Source of the DNA: Candidatus Babeliales bacterium
Lineage (GTDB): Bacteria > Babelota > Babeliae > Babelales > JANWKD01
Assembly (NCBI GenBank): GCA_963762115.1
Contig: CAVXJH010000003.1
Coordinates: 352,001 to 416,000 of the forward strand
Length of the DNA: 64,000 bases
Reading direction: 5' to 3'
Part shown: piece after piece, positions 10,109-19,526 of the stretch
Layout: every line of letters starts with the position of its first letter
How positions within the stretch are numbered: the first letter of the stretch is position 1
Notes under the pieces: generated by a model
Database searches by the model: none
The model's input: the letters and a program-made list of their open reading frames with translations, nothing else
What the model was told of the DNA's origin: nothing
Position numbers and translations under genes: made by a program

Positions 10109-10669
10109 TCATTTCGATTCTGCAAATAATTGACTCTCAATTGATCTATTATGTTCATCAATAATTTCTCTTTTTGTTTCTTCAATATTTTGCAGTATAC
10201 AGTTTCTTAAGACATTAAGAAGATTTAATATATTTATAAAGTCCTGACAGGACAAAGGCTCAAAAAGAGCTTGATTAATTTTAATATCAAGAGCCTTACC
10301 AGAATTATTATCAATAATCATGAATACTTTGACAGGATCATATTCTGTTTTTTCAGTATGAGCAACATGTTTATTTCTTAATTCTATTAATTTTTTATGT
10401 AAATCCTTTTGCTCATTGCTTACATCCTTTAAATCAATGAAAGATAAAACTGCTTCACGATTGTCTTTTGAAAAAAGCTTTCTATAAATAATAATAATTC
10501 CATGATAACCATGAAAATGTTTACAATTACTAGTCCTACACTTTTCCATTTCAAAATTAACTAGGTCAATAAGGGTTAAAAGGTCTCCATCAATGCGAAT
10601 TAAACCCTTTAATTTTTTAACATCATCACTTTCAACTGTAATGAGAGAACATCTGGTATTATCATTCAT
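10109..10669 (-). CDS. Hypothetical protein with HEPN-like RNase motif
   Basis: All-helical-looking 186 aa with LRNKHVAH (R-x5-H), preceded by IIYRKLF. Confidence 0.6.
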   Translation of the reverse strand: MNDNTRCSLITVESDDVKKLKGLIRIDGDLLTLIDLVNFEMEKCRTSNCKHFHGYHGIIIIYRKLFSKDNREAVLSFIDLKDVSNEQKDLHKKLIELRNKHVAHTEKTEYDPVKVFMIIDNNSGKALDIKINQALFEPLSCQDFINILNLLNVLRNCILQNIEETKREIIDEHNRSIESQLFAESK

Positions 10670-10920
10670 AAATTACAATTATCCTAAAATAATTTTATAT
10701 TTTTTCTTTAAGTAATGAACAAGTTAAATTATAATTATAGTATTCTAACTTTTTATTAATTCCTTTTTTTACTATCAAGTTCTTTTCAATTTTTCATAGA
10801 CTCAAAAATACTTCTATAATTATTATTTCTTATTATTTTTACATATTTTTTCATTAAATTTTTCCTCTTTAAAAAGTGATTATTATTTTTTTTGTTTCTA
10901 ACATTACCATATAAAAAGTA

Positions 10921-13506
10921 CTAATTTCCAAGCCAATCTTTCCATCCTCCCCATCCTTTGTTAGCATATACGCTATTTGGTGCAATAGGGATATCGATAG
11001 GACAAAAACCAGTTTTAGTCCATGTAAACCAATCTTCTTTACCCCTAAGAGAAAGACTTCTAGCAAAAGCTCTGGCTTCTTCAAACCCTTTAAATTCTTT
11101 TTTAAAACTCGCAATATTTCCGGTTCCTAAAAAATCACCCCAACCACACCATTCTTCAGCATAAACACTCCTAGGGTCGGCTGGAATATCGCTAGGTCGT
11201 TCTTCGCTTTTTGCAAAATTTGTCCAATCATTTTTATTTTTCAGATCAAGCGAATGTGCATATTTTCTTGCTTCAACAAATGTACAAAACTGGCGATTTT
11301 GGTTAGCAATTACATTAGTTCCTAAAAAATCCCCCCAACCTGCCCATCCCTTATTTGCAAAGGTTCTTTCTGGTTTACCTGAAATATCATTTGGCAATTG
11401 ATTATTTTTTTTATATTCACGCCATTCAAATTCATTTTTTAATCCAAGGGATTGCACAAATTTTTTTGTTTCTTCAAAAGAACGGAATTTTTGTTTTTGT
11501 GACGCGATAGTATTTGTACCTAGGAAATCTCCCCAATCTAACCATCCTTTATCTCTATATGCTTTATCTGGAGCTGAAGGAATATTTTTTGGTCTCTGAT
11601 CTGATTGTGCCCATTGAACCCATTCACTCCAGCTTTTTAAACCCAGATTTCTTGCAAAAGCTCTTGCTTCTTCAAATGGAACAAAATTTCGACTCATTTG
11701 AATTGCTTCACGCAGTTTTTCAAAAGTATTAATGTTACAAACACCACTTGTATAGCGAAGTAAAAATTCTAAAGGATTAGTTTTTTGTAAAATATCAAAA
11801 CCAATATCCTCAACAGAGATTCCTTGCATACGCAAAGTTTGACGGGACAACATACCCCATATTTGCTTAGCAACTTCTTCTTTGTGCTCAACAATACCAT
11901 AGCCATCAAGAATTTCAGGAATCATCCTCTTATATTCATCCCAAAGCCGTAAGGTGTCTTCAGCAGCTATTGGATCATTATTAATTATACTGATTAATTG
12001 GTTAGTAACATCTTCAACTAAGGATAATTTTTGAACTTCATCTGGAATTACAACGCTCAACCAATCATTACTTTTTTTAAAATCAACATTATTATTTTCA
12101 TTCTTTTTTTTCTCTAAAGGCATTTTGATTTTTACTGGATTGAAAATATTCTCTAAAATTAATGACGCATAAATTGCCTTGAGATAATCATTAAGATTGT
12201 TTCGAAACATTTCATCATCTTGTTGCTCTAAAGAGAAAGGTAATAGTTGAATAACTTCAATATGGCTTTTATTCGGGGCATCTCTAAAAAGCCGTCCAAT
12301 CATTTGTATTATATCAACCAATGATGATCGAGCGCCTACAATGATAGCACGATCAGCCCAAATCCAATTGGCACCTTCTTTGAACATCCCTAAAGCAATA
12401 ATAACATCTAGAGCTTCGCGGTCTGCTTTTAATCTTGGATCGTTGATAAAGTCCTTTTTTTCAATGCGCTGATTTTCATCAACAAGATCAAGAATTTTAA
12501 AATCTCCATTTTCATTGCTAATAATGTGCAAACCATTCACATTTTTGGAAATGATGCCATTATAAACCTTACTAAATTTATTAATGATATTTTCTACTTC
12601 TTGATATTTGTTTCCCATTGAATATAGAGAATTAGGATGTGGAACATAAATAATATCTTTTGCTTTTCTACTCAATGCTAATAACTCAATTGCTTTTGTA
12701 TAATCTTGACCACAAATCAAAAAATCAAAATTAAAGGATTTAAGATAGATCATTGAATTGAGATATTCATCATAGGGTAAATTAAATCTAATAAATTTAG
12801 ATTCCATAGCAGCAGTGAGCAAAGATCCTCTATCGCCACGAAAAAAAGAAGCTGTCGTAAGCCCAACTTGTAGATGACTTGAAAAATTATTCAAACAATA
12901 TGCAACTAATTCTCCAAGAGCATTGCTTATTACAACGCCTTTAAAAGCTTCATTTTCTAAATTTTTTACATGATGAGCTTCATCGATCCAAATTAAAAGA
13001 TTATTTAACAAATCCAAACGATTATCAAATTTTAATTTTTTATATACAGCAACTAAAGTAGCATGAGTACAAAGAATAACTTTTTCAGCAAAAACATCTG
13101 TAGGATTATTAAGCCAGCTGATCAAATATCTTACTGTGCCATTATGTGATTGATTTTTATTACAAAGATTATGGACAACTTTCCAATCTATTTTTTCTCC
13201 ATTTGGCATCTGGAAATTAGCTTCAGCAAAACCCGATGCTATTATAGTTTGTGGAACAGTAATTATAGCACGTAAAGCACGATCATTTTTCAATTTAAAA
13301 GCAGTTAAGAGACAAATCAACCAAGATTTACCACTTCCCATTGGAGCATTAATGATCATAAAAGGCTTCGTTTGTAACAACTCGAATGCTTTGATTTGCC
13401 AACCACGCATTGCAAAATAGCTGCCAGTCAAATCAGTAGATTGTTCAGCTTCGCTAGTTAAAATTAAATTAAAGCCTGTTTGTTTTAACGGCTCTTGATA
13501 GTCCAT
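10921..13506 (-). CDS. SF2 DEAH helicase/ATPase (YeeB-like) with four C-terminal ~65-aa Trp-rich repeats
   Basis: APMGSGKS, WIDEAHH, TASFFRGD, IALGMFKEG, QMIGRLFRD; repeats F..FEEAR.FA..L.LK...W...P..IP..P...Y...GW..WGDFLG. Confidence 0.85.
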   Translation of the reverse strand: MDYQEPLKQTGFNLILTSEAEQSTDLTGSYFAMRGWQIKAFELLQTKPFMIINAPMGSGKSWLICLLTAFKLKNDRALRAIITVPQTIIASGFAEANFQMPNGEKIDWKVVHNLCNKNQSHNGTVRYLISWLNNPTDVFAEKVILCTHATLVAVYKKLKFDNRLDLLNNLLIWIDEAHHVKNLENEAFKGVVISNALGELVAYCLNNFSSHLQVGLTTASFFRGDRGSLLTAAMESKFIRFNLPYDEYLNSMIYLKSFNFDFLICGQDYTKAIELLALSRKAKDIIYVPHPNSLYSMGNKYQEVENIINKFSKVYNGIISKNVNGLHIISNENGDFKILDLVDENQRIEKKDFINDPRLKADREALDVIIALGMFKEGANWIWADRAIIVGARSSLVDIIQMIGRLFRDAPNKSHIEVIQLLPFSLEQQDDEMFRNNLNDYLKAIYASLILENIFNPVKIKMPLEKKKNENNNVDFKKSNDWLSVVIPDEVQKLSLVEDVTNQLISIINNDPIAAEDTLRLWDEYKRMIPEILDGYGIVEHKEEVAKQIWGMLSRQTLRMQGISVEDIGFDILQKTNPLEFLLRYTSGVCNINTFEKLREAIQMSRNFVPFEEARAFARNLGLKSWSEWVQWAQSDQRPKNIPSAPDKAYRDKGWLDWGDFLGTNTIASQKQKFRSFEETKKFVQSLGLKNEFEWREYKKNNQLPNDISGKPERTFANKGWAGWGDFLGTNVIANQNRQFCTFVEARKYAHSLDLKNKNDWTNFAKSEERPSDIPADPRSVYAEEWCGWGDFLGTGNIASFKKEFKGFEEARAFARSLSLRGKEDWFTWTKTGFCPIDIPIAPNSVYANKGWGGWKDWLGN

Positions 13507-13732
13507 TTATCTTCTTTCAGTATTTAATTCAATATGAACAATATCTATAATAACAACTTATAAAAACAACAATTCCAATAACACGCAATCAATTATAAAT
13601 TGTAACTATATTTGCTCAAAAAACAAAGAATAAGTTGACCTTAAAAATGAAGCTTATAATCATCTCTTTTCTTGCGCAAAAAGTTGTAATACTTTATTCT
13701 GCTACTAGGGTAAAATTCTAGGAAAACAAACT

Positions 13733-14668
13733 ATGACAATTGCAGATTTTTTAGATAAAAAACAAGAATTTCTCATTCATATTGATGTTGAAAAAAATCT
13801 TTCGGAAAACACGTACCGTGCTTATGAAAGCGATTTAGATCAATTTTATATATTTTGGCAAAATATAAATAGTCAGGCAACTGAAGAAATTCCCTTAAGA
13901 AGAGCTCTCGAGCGTTTTTTGATTATGTTGTATCATAAAAAAATTGATAAAAGCACCATTGCTCGAAAACTTTCTTGTTTTCAATCTTTTGAAAAATATA
14001 TTCTCAGCAGAGGCGTCGAACTACGTTTAAAATTAACGCGTCCACGTTTAGATAAAAAATTACCAATATATCTCAGTATTGATGAAATAATTCATTTATT
14101 AGACACCATAAAAAATGAAGATCTGCCAACAAAAAATCCCTTACGAGACAAATCAATCTTCGAATTATTATATGCAACAGGAGTGCGTTGTTCTGAATTA
14201 GTAAATATCAAAATCGATGAAATTGATTTTGAACAAAAAATAATTAGAATCCTTGGAAAAGGTAAAAAGGAACGGATTGTTCTTTTTGGCAGCAAAGCAC
14301 TAAGAAAATTGCAAGAATATATTGAATTTGAACGTCAAGGAATCAGTGAGTGTCCTTATCTTTTTCTTAATAATCGCAACGAACAATTAACAAGTAGGTC
14401 AGTTCAAAGAATTTTTGAGATGTTTAGAAAATTTTTAAAAATTGAACGAAAAATCACTCCTCATAAAATTAGACATTCTTTTGCAACACATCTCTTAACC
14501 CAAGGTGCCGACTTGCGTATTGTTCAAGAACTTCTTGGCCATAAAACTATAGCAAGCACTGAAAAATATACCCATTTAACCGTTGTAGAGCTGACAGAAT
14601 TATGTGATACCCTTCATCCAATACACAACTTTGAAAAAATAAGGGACAAAAAGAATGAAGGCTCCTGA
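13733..14668 (+). CDS. xerC: Tyrosine recombinase XerC/XerD family
   Basis: YATGVRCSEL, GKGKKER, HKIRHSFATHLL, VQELLGH, TEKYTH; XerC versus XerD is not certain. Confidence 0.85.
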   Translation: MTIADFLDKKQEFLIHIDVEKNLSENTYRAYESDLDQFYIFWQNINSQATEEIPLRRALERFLIMLYHKKIDKSTIARKLSCFQSFEKYILSRGVELRLKLTRPRLDKKLPIYLSIDEIIHLLDTIKNEDLPTKNPLRDKSIFELLYATGVRCSELVNIKIDEIDFEQKIIRILGKGKKERIVLFGSKALRKLQEYIEFERQGISECPYLFLNNRNEQLTSRSVQRIFEMFRKFLKIERKITPHKIRHSFATHLLTQGADLRIVQELLGHKTIASTEKYTHLTVVELTELCDTLHPIHNFEKIRDKKNEGS

Positions 14669-16373
14669 AGATTATACAAAGAAAATTATTCCCCTTGCTT
14701 GGTGGTTTATTTTTTTTTTGATGATCATATGTATCAGACTCTTCTATTTACAAATTATTTCTGCTCATAATTTTTTTGCATTAAGTGTTAAAAATTTTCT
14801 TCGCACAGAATCAATTACATCACCACGAGGGAATATTCTTGACTGCAATGGTATATTACTTGCTACCAATCGACCTATAACAACGCTTTATTGGCAAGGT
14901 TCAGGTAATAAAATCCTTACAGAAGCTCAACGCATGGTAGCTGAGCAAATTATTGGCATTACCGAAACATCAAGCGAAAAAATAGTACCCGCTATTAAAC
15001 ATGCAGAGAAAACTGGCACCAAAACAATTATTGCCCATGAAATTTCTTTTGAGCAGCTGAGTAAAATTATTGAACAATTTCCTGATAATAAAAATATTTT
15101 TTTATTTACTGATTATAAGCGATTTTATCCTTATAAAAAAGTTGCAAGCCACATCCTGGGCCACATAAATCAATTAGATAAAGAGACTAAAGGAAAAATG
15201 GGATTAGAGAAAATCTTACACAATAAATTACAGGGACAAGAAGGCCAATTATTAAAAACGATCAATTCCTTAGGAAGCAATATTAAGGAAACTCAAATTA
15301 AAAAGGCTCTTGCTGGGGAAAATATCAATACAACAATAGACCTTTCATTACAATTACTCGCCGAATCTTTGTTTCCTGAAAATTATGCCGGCACTCTTTT
15401 GGTAATGAATCCAAAGAATGGTGCTATTAAAGCGCTTGTTTCCCGACCAAATTTCGACCCTACTGTTTTTCTAGAACCTATTGCTATACCCGACTGGCAA
15501 GATTTACAACAAGGCCAACCTTTTTTAAATCGAGCATTTGATACTTGCTATCCCCCCGCATCTACCTTCAAATTAATTACTATTAGCGCTGCGCTGGAGC
15601 AAGGCATTGTAAAAATTGACGATAGCCTCTACTGTTGCGGATACTTTAATTTTTGTGGAAGGCGTTATTATTGCGATAAACGTTCAGGGCATGGACAATT
15701 AACGGTCAAAGAAGCTGTTGCTAAATCATGCAATATCTTATTTTACTACATCGCAACAAAGATTTCCGTTGACCTTCTAGCTCAGTATGCTCATAAATTT
15801 GGACTTGGCGCAAAAACAAATATGATTTTTCCGGAAAAAAATGGCCTTGTGCCTTCATGTGCATGGAAATTACAAGAAAAAGGCGAACGTTGGTGGCAAG
15901 GAGAAACATTATCCTGTGCAATAGGACAAAGCTATTTATTAGCAACGCCGGTACAAATTGCTTGCATGATCTCGAGCATTTTTGAAGGATATTTAGTTAC
16001 ACCCCGCATTCTTGAAAATGAACCCATTTTTTACCGCCCCTTAGAACTAAAGCAAGAAACAAGAAAATTATTAAGAAAATATATGAAATTAGCGGTAAAA
16101 ATAGGAACATGTATAAAATTAAATTCCTTCACTGATTTAACCATATTTGCTAAAACAGGAACCGCTCAAACATGCAGTCTTTCCCATCAAAAAAAATTGC
16201 GTGCCAGTTCATCGGCACACGCCTGGTTTGTATGTTACTTTTATTTTCAGGATGAAGAACCACTTACCTTAGTTATTCTCATAGAAAATGCTGGCAGCTC
16301 ACGAGTGGCTACCTCAATTGCAAAAGAATTTTTAACCGCCTTTCAATCCCAAAAAATATCCTTAAAAAAATAA
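14655..16373 (+). CDS. mrdA: Penicillin-binding protein 2 (class B)
   Basis: N-terminal TM, PRGNILD, PASTFK (SxxK), SCN (SxN), KTGT. Confidence 0.85.
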   Translation: MKAPEDYTKKIIPLAWWFIFFLMIICIRLFYLQIISAHNFFALSVKNFLRTESITSPRGNILDCNGILLATNRPITTLYWQGSGNKILTEAQRMVAEQIIGITETSSEKIVPAIKHAEKTGTKTIIAHEISFEQLSKIIEQFPDNKNIFLFTDYKRFYPYKKVASHILGHINQLDKETKGKMGLEKILHNKLQGQEGQLLKTINSLGSNIKETQIKKALAGENINTTIDLSLQLLAESLFPENYAGTLLVMNPKNGAIKALVSRPNFDPTVFLEPIAIPDWQDLQQGQPFLNRAFDTCYPPASTFKLITISAALEQGIVKIDDSLYCCGYFNFCGRRYYCDKRSGHGQLTVKEAVAKSCNILFYYIATKISVDLLAQYAHKFGLGAKTNMIFPEKNGLVPSCAWKLQEKGERWWQGETLSCAIGQSYLLATPVQIACMISSIFEGYLVTPRILENEPIFYRPLELKQETRKLLRKYMKLAVKIGTCIKLNSFTDLTIFAKTGTAQTCSLSHQKKLRASSSAHAWFVCYFYFQDEEPLTLVILIENAGSSRVATSIAKEFLTAFQSQKISLKK

Positions 16374-16442
16374 TTTTATTTACTTCAAAACAAAAAAAAA
16401 TTTAGTATTACTCCAAATTACTTAATAAATTCATTTGGAGAA

Positions 16443-17642
16443 TTGACGATGAAATTGAAGCATATAAATATATTTTTATTTCTCTCTTTTATTTTCATTA
16501 TTATGATAAATTCTCAAATACTATCAATGGAGAAAGGGGAAAAAGGAAAGGAAAAAGAAAATGTGCCTAGATTAAAACTACCTAAACATAAATCTCCCTA
16601 CGTATTGGATAAAAAATCACCATTATCACCTCATCGATTTCAGAACAGTGAAATTCGACGAAAAGCTTCAAACCTACAAAATGCTTATGAATTTGAAGAA
16701 TTTATAAAATTTGTTCATCACCCAACAATAGATACACGTCATAAAGAGTTTGTTCAATTTCGCTTGGCATTAAATCTTTATGCAAAATTTGAAGAATTTA
16801 ATACCTATGCGACTGCCGATGGAGAACCTGTCGAACCCGATACTACGATAACTATCAAACAAATTGTTCGAGAATTAGGATCAAAATATCACTTTAATCA
16901 GGGAAAATACTATAAAAATAAAGCTCATAAAAAAATGAAAGCGAGTAGAGCAGAACAAGAAAGTTCCGAAACTCAAATTACTTTATTTCAAAAAGCTTTG
17001 CATTTGGCATCAAAAGCAAAAGAATATTTTGAAGAATCTTTAAAGATTAATGAAGATGAAAACACCAAAGATATGTATATTAAAGCTGATAATTTTTTAA
17101 AAAAACTAGAAAAAAATTATCAACTCTTGCCTAGCTATCAAGAAGCACTTAAAACTACTCATAAAGCTCATTCAAAACAAACAGATGCACATGAAAATCT
17201 AGAAAAAACACATACATTATCCAAATCAAATAAAGAACCACAACCACCAAGTTCATTTTCTTTGAAAAAAAACAAAAAAAAAATCTACGCCACTGAAAAA
17301 AAACAATATCACCAAAAAAAAGCAACATACTTAGATGAATTGGAAAAAGCTGAAGAAAAATTTATTGAAGCAGCACTACAATATTTAAATGCATCAGAAC
17401 TGATATTGGATCGACGTATATTGGAAGGAGCACGTAGATCATTAGAGAGTATTTATCAAGTTGAAGCAAAAAAAATAAAAGAAAATCCAAGTTATGTTAC
17501 TATTAAACCAATAATTAGAGAAATAGCTAAAAGAATTGAATTAGGCTTCAAAAAAATTCAAGAACGAGAAGAAAGCAGTTCTGGTATTGGCACAGACAGT
17601 AGCAATGAACATTATATTGGTGGCAAGAAGCAAGAAAAATAA
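16443..17642 (+). CDS. Secreted Lys-rich helical hypothetical protein
   Basis: Long ORF, signal-peptide-like N-terminus, SD ggag. Confidence 0.7.
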   Translation: MTMKLKHINIFLFLSFIFIIMINSQILSMEKGEKGKEKENVPRLKLPKHKSPYVLDKKSPLSPHRFQNSEIRRKASNLQNAYEFEEFIKFVHHPTIDTRHKEFVQFRLALNLYAKFEEFNTYATADGEPVEPDTTITIKQIVRELGSKYHFNQGKYYKNKAHKKMKASRAEQESSETQITLFQKALHLASKAKEYFEESLKINEDENTKDMYIKADNFLKKLEKNYQLLPSYQEALKTTHKAHSKQTDAHENLEKTHTLSKSNKEPQPPSSFSLKKNKKKIYATEKKQYHQKKATYLDELEKAEEKFIEAALQYLNASELILDRRILEGARRSLESIYQVEAKKIKENPSYVTIKPIIREIAKRIELGFKKIQEREESSSGIGTDSSNEHYIGGKKQEK

Positions 17643-17759
17643 TAATAAGTATATTTTTTTCCACTATATCACTAGTATAATTTGTTCACTCTGATCACAA
17701 AATAAGTGTATCATGCCTAAAGAGCAAAACTGTTCGCATCCAAAATAAGGGGAAAATTT

Positions 17760-18878
17760 ATGAGATTTCATAGTATGTTTTTTTTGGTTTTTCTAGGAAT
17801 GCACGCCAATATCTTTCCCATGGGCGATGATGAAAAAGGATATCATTCTGAATCCGATAAACGTTCTCAAGTAAGCAAAAAATGGAATAATGCCAAAACA
17901 GCTCCTAGAAAAAATAATCCATTACAGGAATCAAAAAAAAAACGTCATTCGCTTACTCTCTTTAGAGAATCTTCAAATAAAAATAAAATTAAAAGTGAAC
18001 AATCATCATTTCAAGAAAAGAATACTGAAGAAAGTTCTCTTGGGCTCTATACTACGGCGCTCTATGTTCTTGGAGAACGTAGTGGAAAACGAGAACAATT
18101 TATTGCTATCCAATTTCTTGAAAACACCTTAAAAAATACCACAAACTTAGATAGAAAAACAAAACATGTTATAGCAGAAAAAATCAAAAAATATTATATC
18201 AAGTATTATGATGCAAAAACAAAAGCATATTTTATTTCCAGTCAACGATTCGTACAAGAAGCAAGAAAAACAACAGATGAAATACATCAATTACAATTAT
18301 TACAAACAGCTCAAAAAAAAATAGAAAAATCACTTACCTATCTAGAACTCAAAATGCAGCAGACTGGACAAAGCCATGATGATTGCAAAGATTTTAAAGA
18401 AATTAGCGATACCCTATTGTCTTTAATGGATTTTAAAAAAGCCAAGCCCGAATATATTAACAATCAAATAGTCATAGAAGCAGCTAAAAAAACAGAAGAA
18501 CAAGCTCAACAACACTTAAAATTAGCTCAGTCCATAAAAAAAAGGGAAACAACTAAACCTCCAAAAAGAAAAGAAAAAACAGTAACAGCAGGTCTTCTTC
18601 ATATGCTCGGAAAAAAGAAAAAAAAATTAGATAAGCTTAATGCAAAACATAAAAGAAATAGAACTTTTCCTGAAGTCTTAACAGAAAGTATGCAACCAGA
18701 TCCACAAGATACTCGCGCACAACAGCTTACACAAGCACAAGATTTACTTATTGGATCTGCTAGAACATTACTCGTTGAATCATCTCAAAATAAAAGGCTG
18801 AACAGATTAAATACCATTATTGAAACAGTAGGCGATATTGAAGAAGAAGAAATTGTTATAAAAACTAAAGCACATTAA
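17760..18878 (+). CDS. Secreted Lys-rich helical hypothetical protein
   Basis: Long ORF, signal-peptide-like N-terminus, SD aagggg. Confidence 0.7.
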   Translation: MRFHSMFFLVFLGMHANIFPMGDDEKGYHSESDKRSQVSKKWNNAKTAPRKNNPLQESKKKRHSLTLFRESSNKNKIKSEQSSFQEKNTEESSLGLYTTALYVLGERSGKREQFIAIQFLENTLKNTTNLDRKTKHVIAEKIKKYYIKYYDAKTKAYFISSQRFVQEARKTTDEIHQLQLLQTAQKKIEKSLTYLELKMQQTGQSHDDCKDFKEISDTLLSLMDFKKAKPEYINNQIVIEAAKKTEEQAQQHLKLAQSIKKRETTKPPKRKEKTVTAGLLHMLGKKKKKLDKLNAKHKRNRTFPEVLTESMQPDPQDTRAQQLTQAQDLLIGSARTLLVESSQNKRLNRLNTIIETVGDIEEEEIVIKTKAH

Positions 18879-18922
18879 AATGAAAAAAGAGAACACTTTT
18901 TATTATGTTCTCTTTTTTCATT
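18879..18922. terminator. Bidirectional terminator hairpin
   Basis: aatgaaaaaagagaaca / tgttctcttttttcatt between convergent genes. Confidence 0.7.
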
Positions 18923-18933
18923 ATAGTAATTTT

Positions 18934-19206
18934 TTATTTTTTTGTTGCAGCGTTAACTTTTTTTGCTAAACGACTAATTTTTCTCGATGCTGTTTTTGGA
19001 TGAAGAATATTTTTACCCTTTGCACGAGATAATTTTGCTTCAGCATCTTTTAACAATGCCTGCATCTTTACTGCATCTTCATTATTTTCAACAGCAGTTA
19101 AAACTTTTTTTACTGCTGTTTTAATTGAAGTTCTGCGAATAACATTTTTCTTACGACGACCAATGTTTTTTCTAGCTTGCTTTTTTGCTGATTTTGTATT
19201 TGCCAT
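18934..19206 (-). CDS. rpsT: 30S ribosomal protein S20
   Basis: MANTKSAKKQAR...KGKNILHPKTASRKISRL. Confidence 0.97.
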   Translation of the reverse strand: MANTKSAKKQARKNIGRRKKNVIRRTSIKTAVKKVLTAVENNEDAVKMQALLKDAEAKLSRAKGKNILHPKTASRKISRLAKKVNAATKK

Positions 19207-19230
19207 TTTGACCTATTAAACCTTTAAGTT

Positions 19231-19434
19231 CTAGACTACTTTTTCAACTTTACCTGCTTTAACACATTTTGTACAAACGGCACCACGTGTAACTTTTTTT
19301 GAATTAGTTCCAACCATAACAAAAGACATCTTATGGACATTGGGATAAATCCAACGTTTTACCCTATTTCTAGCGTGACTAACTAAATTTCCAACGTGAG
19401 GGCGTTTAGTACAAACAACACAAATTCTTGACAT
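19231..19434 (-). CDS. rpmB: 50S ribosomal protein L28
   Basis: MSRICVVCTKRP.VGNLVSHA.N..KRW..PN...VCTKCVK. Confidence 0.95.
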   Translation of the reverse strand: MSRICVVCTKRPHVGNLVSHARNRVKRWIYPNVHKMSFVMVGTNSKKVTRGAVCTKCVKAGKVEKVV

Positions 19435-19526
19435 GTGCCCATAATCCTTTCATAGACTGATAATACTTTATAAGTATAGCGAATAATAATGCTTTTTCAA
19501 ACCTGAATTTTTTAAGAATCTTATTT

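Noticed and set aside
13635..13660. TTGACC...TATAAT promoter upstream of xerC
   Set aside because: Spacer is only 14 nt, non-canonical for sigma70
10041..14668. xerC as the integrase of the helicase-HEPN island
   Set aside because: It looks like a housekeeping Xer coupled to mrdA; I found no att direct repeats or dif-like site flanking the cassette
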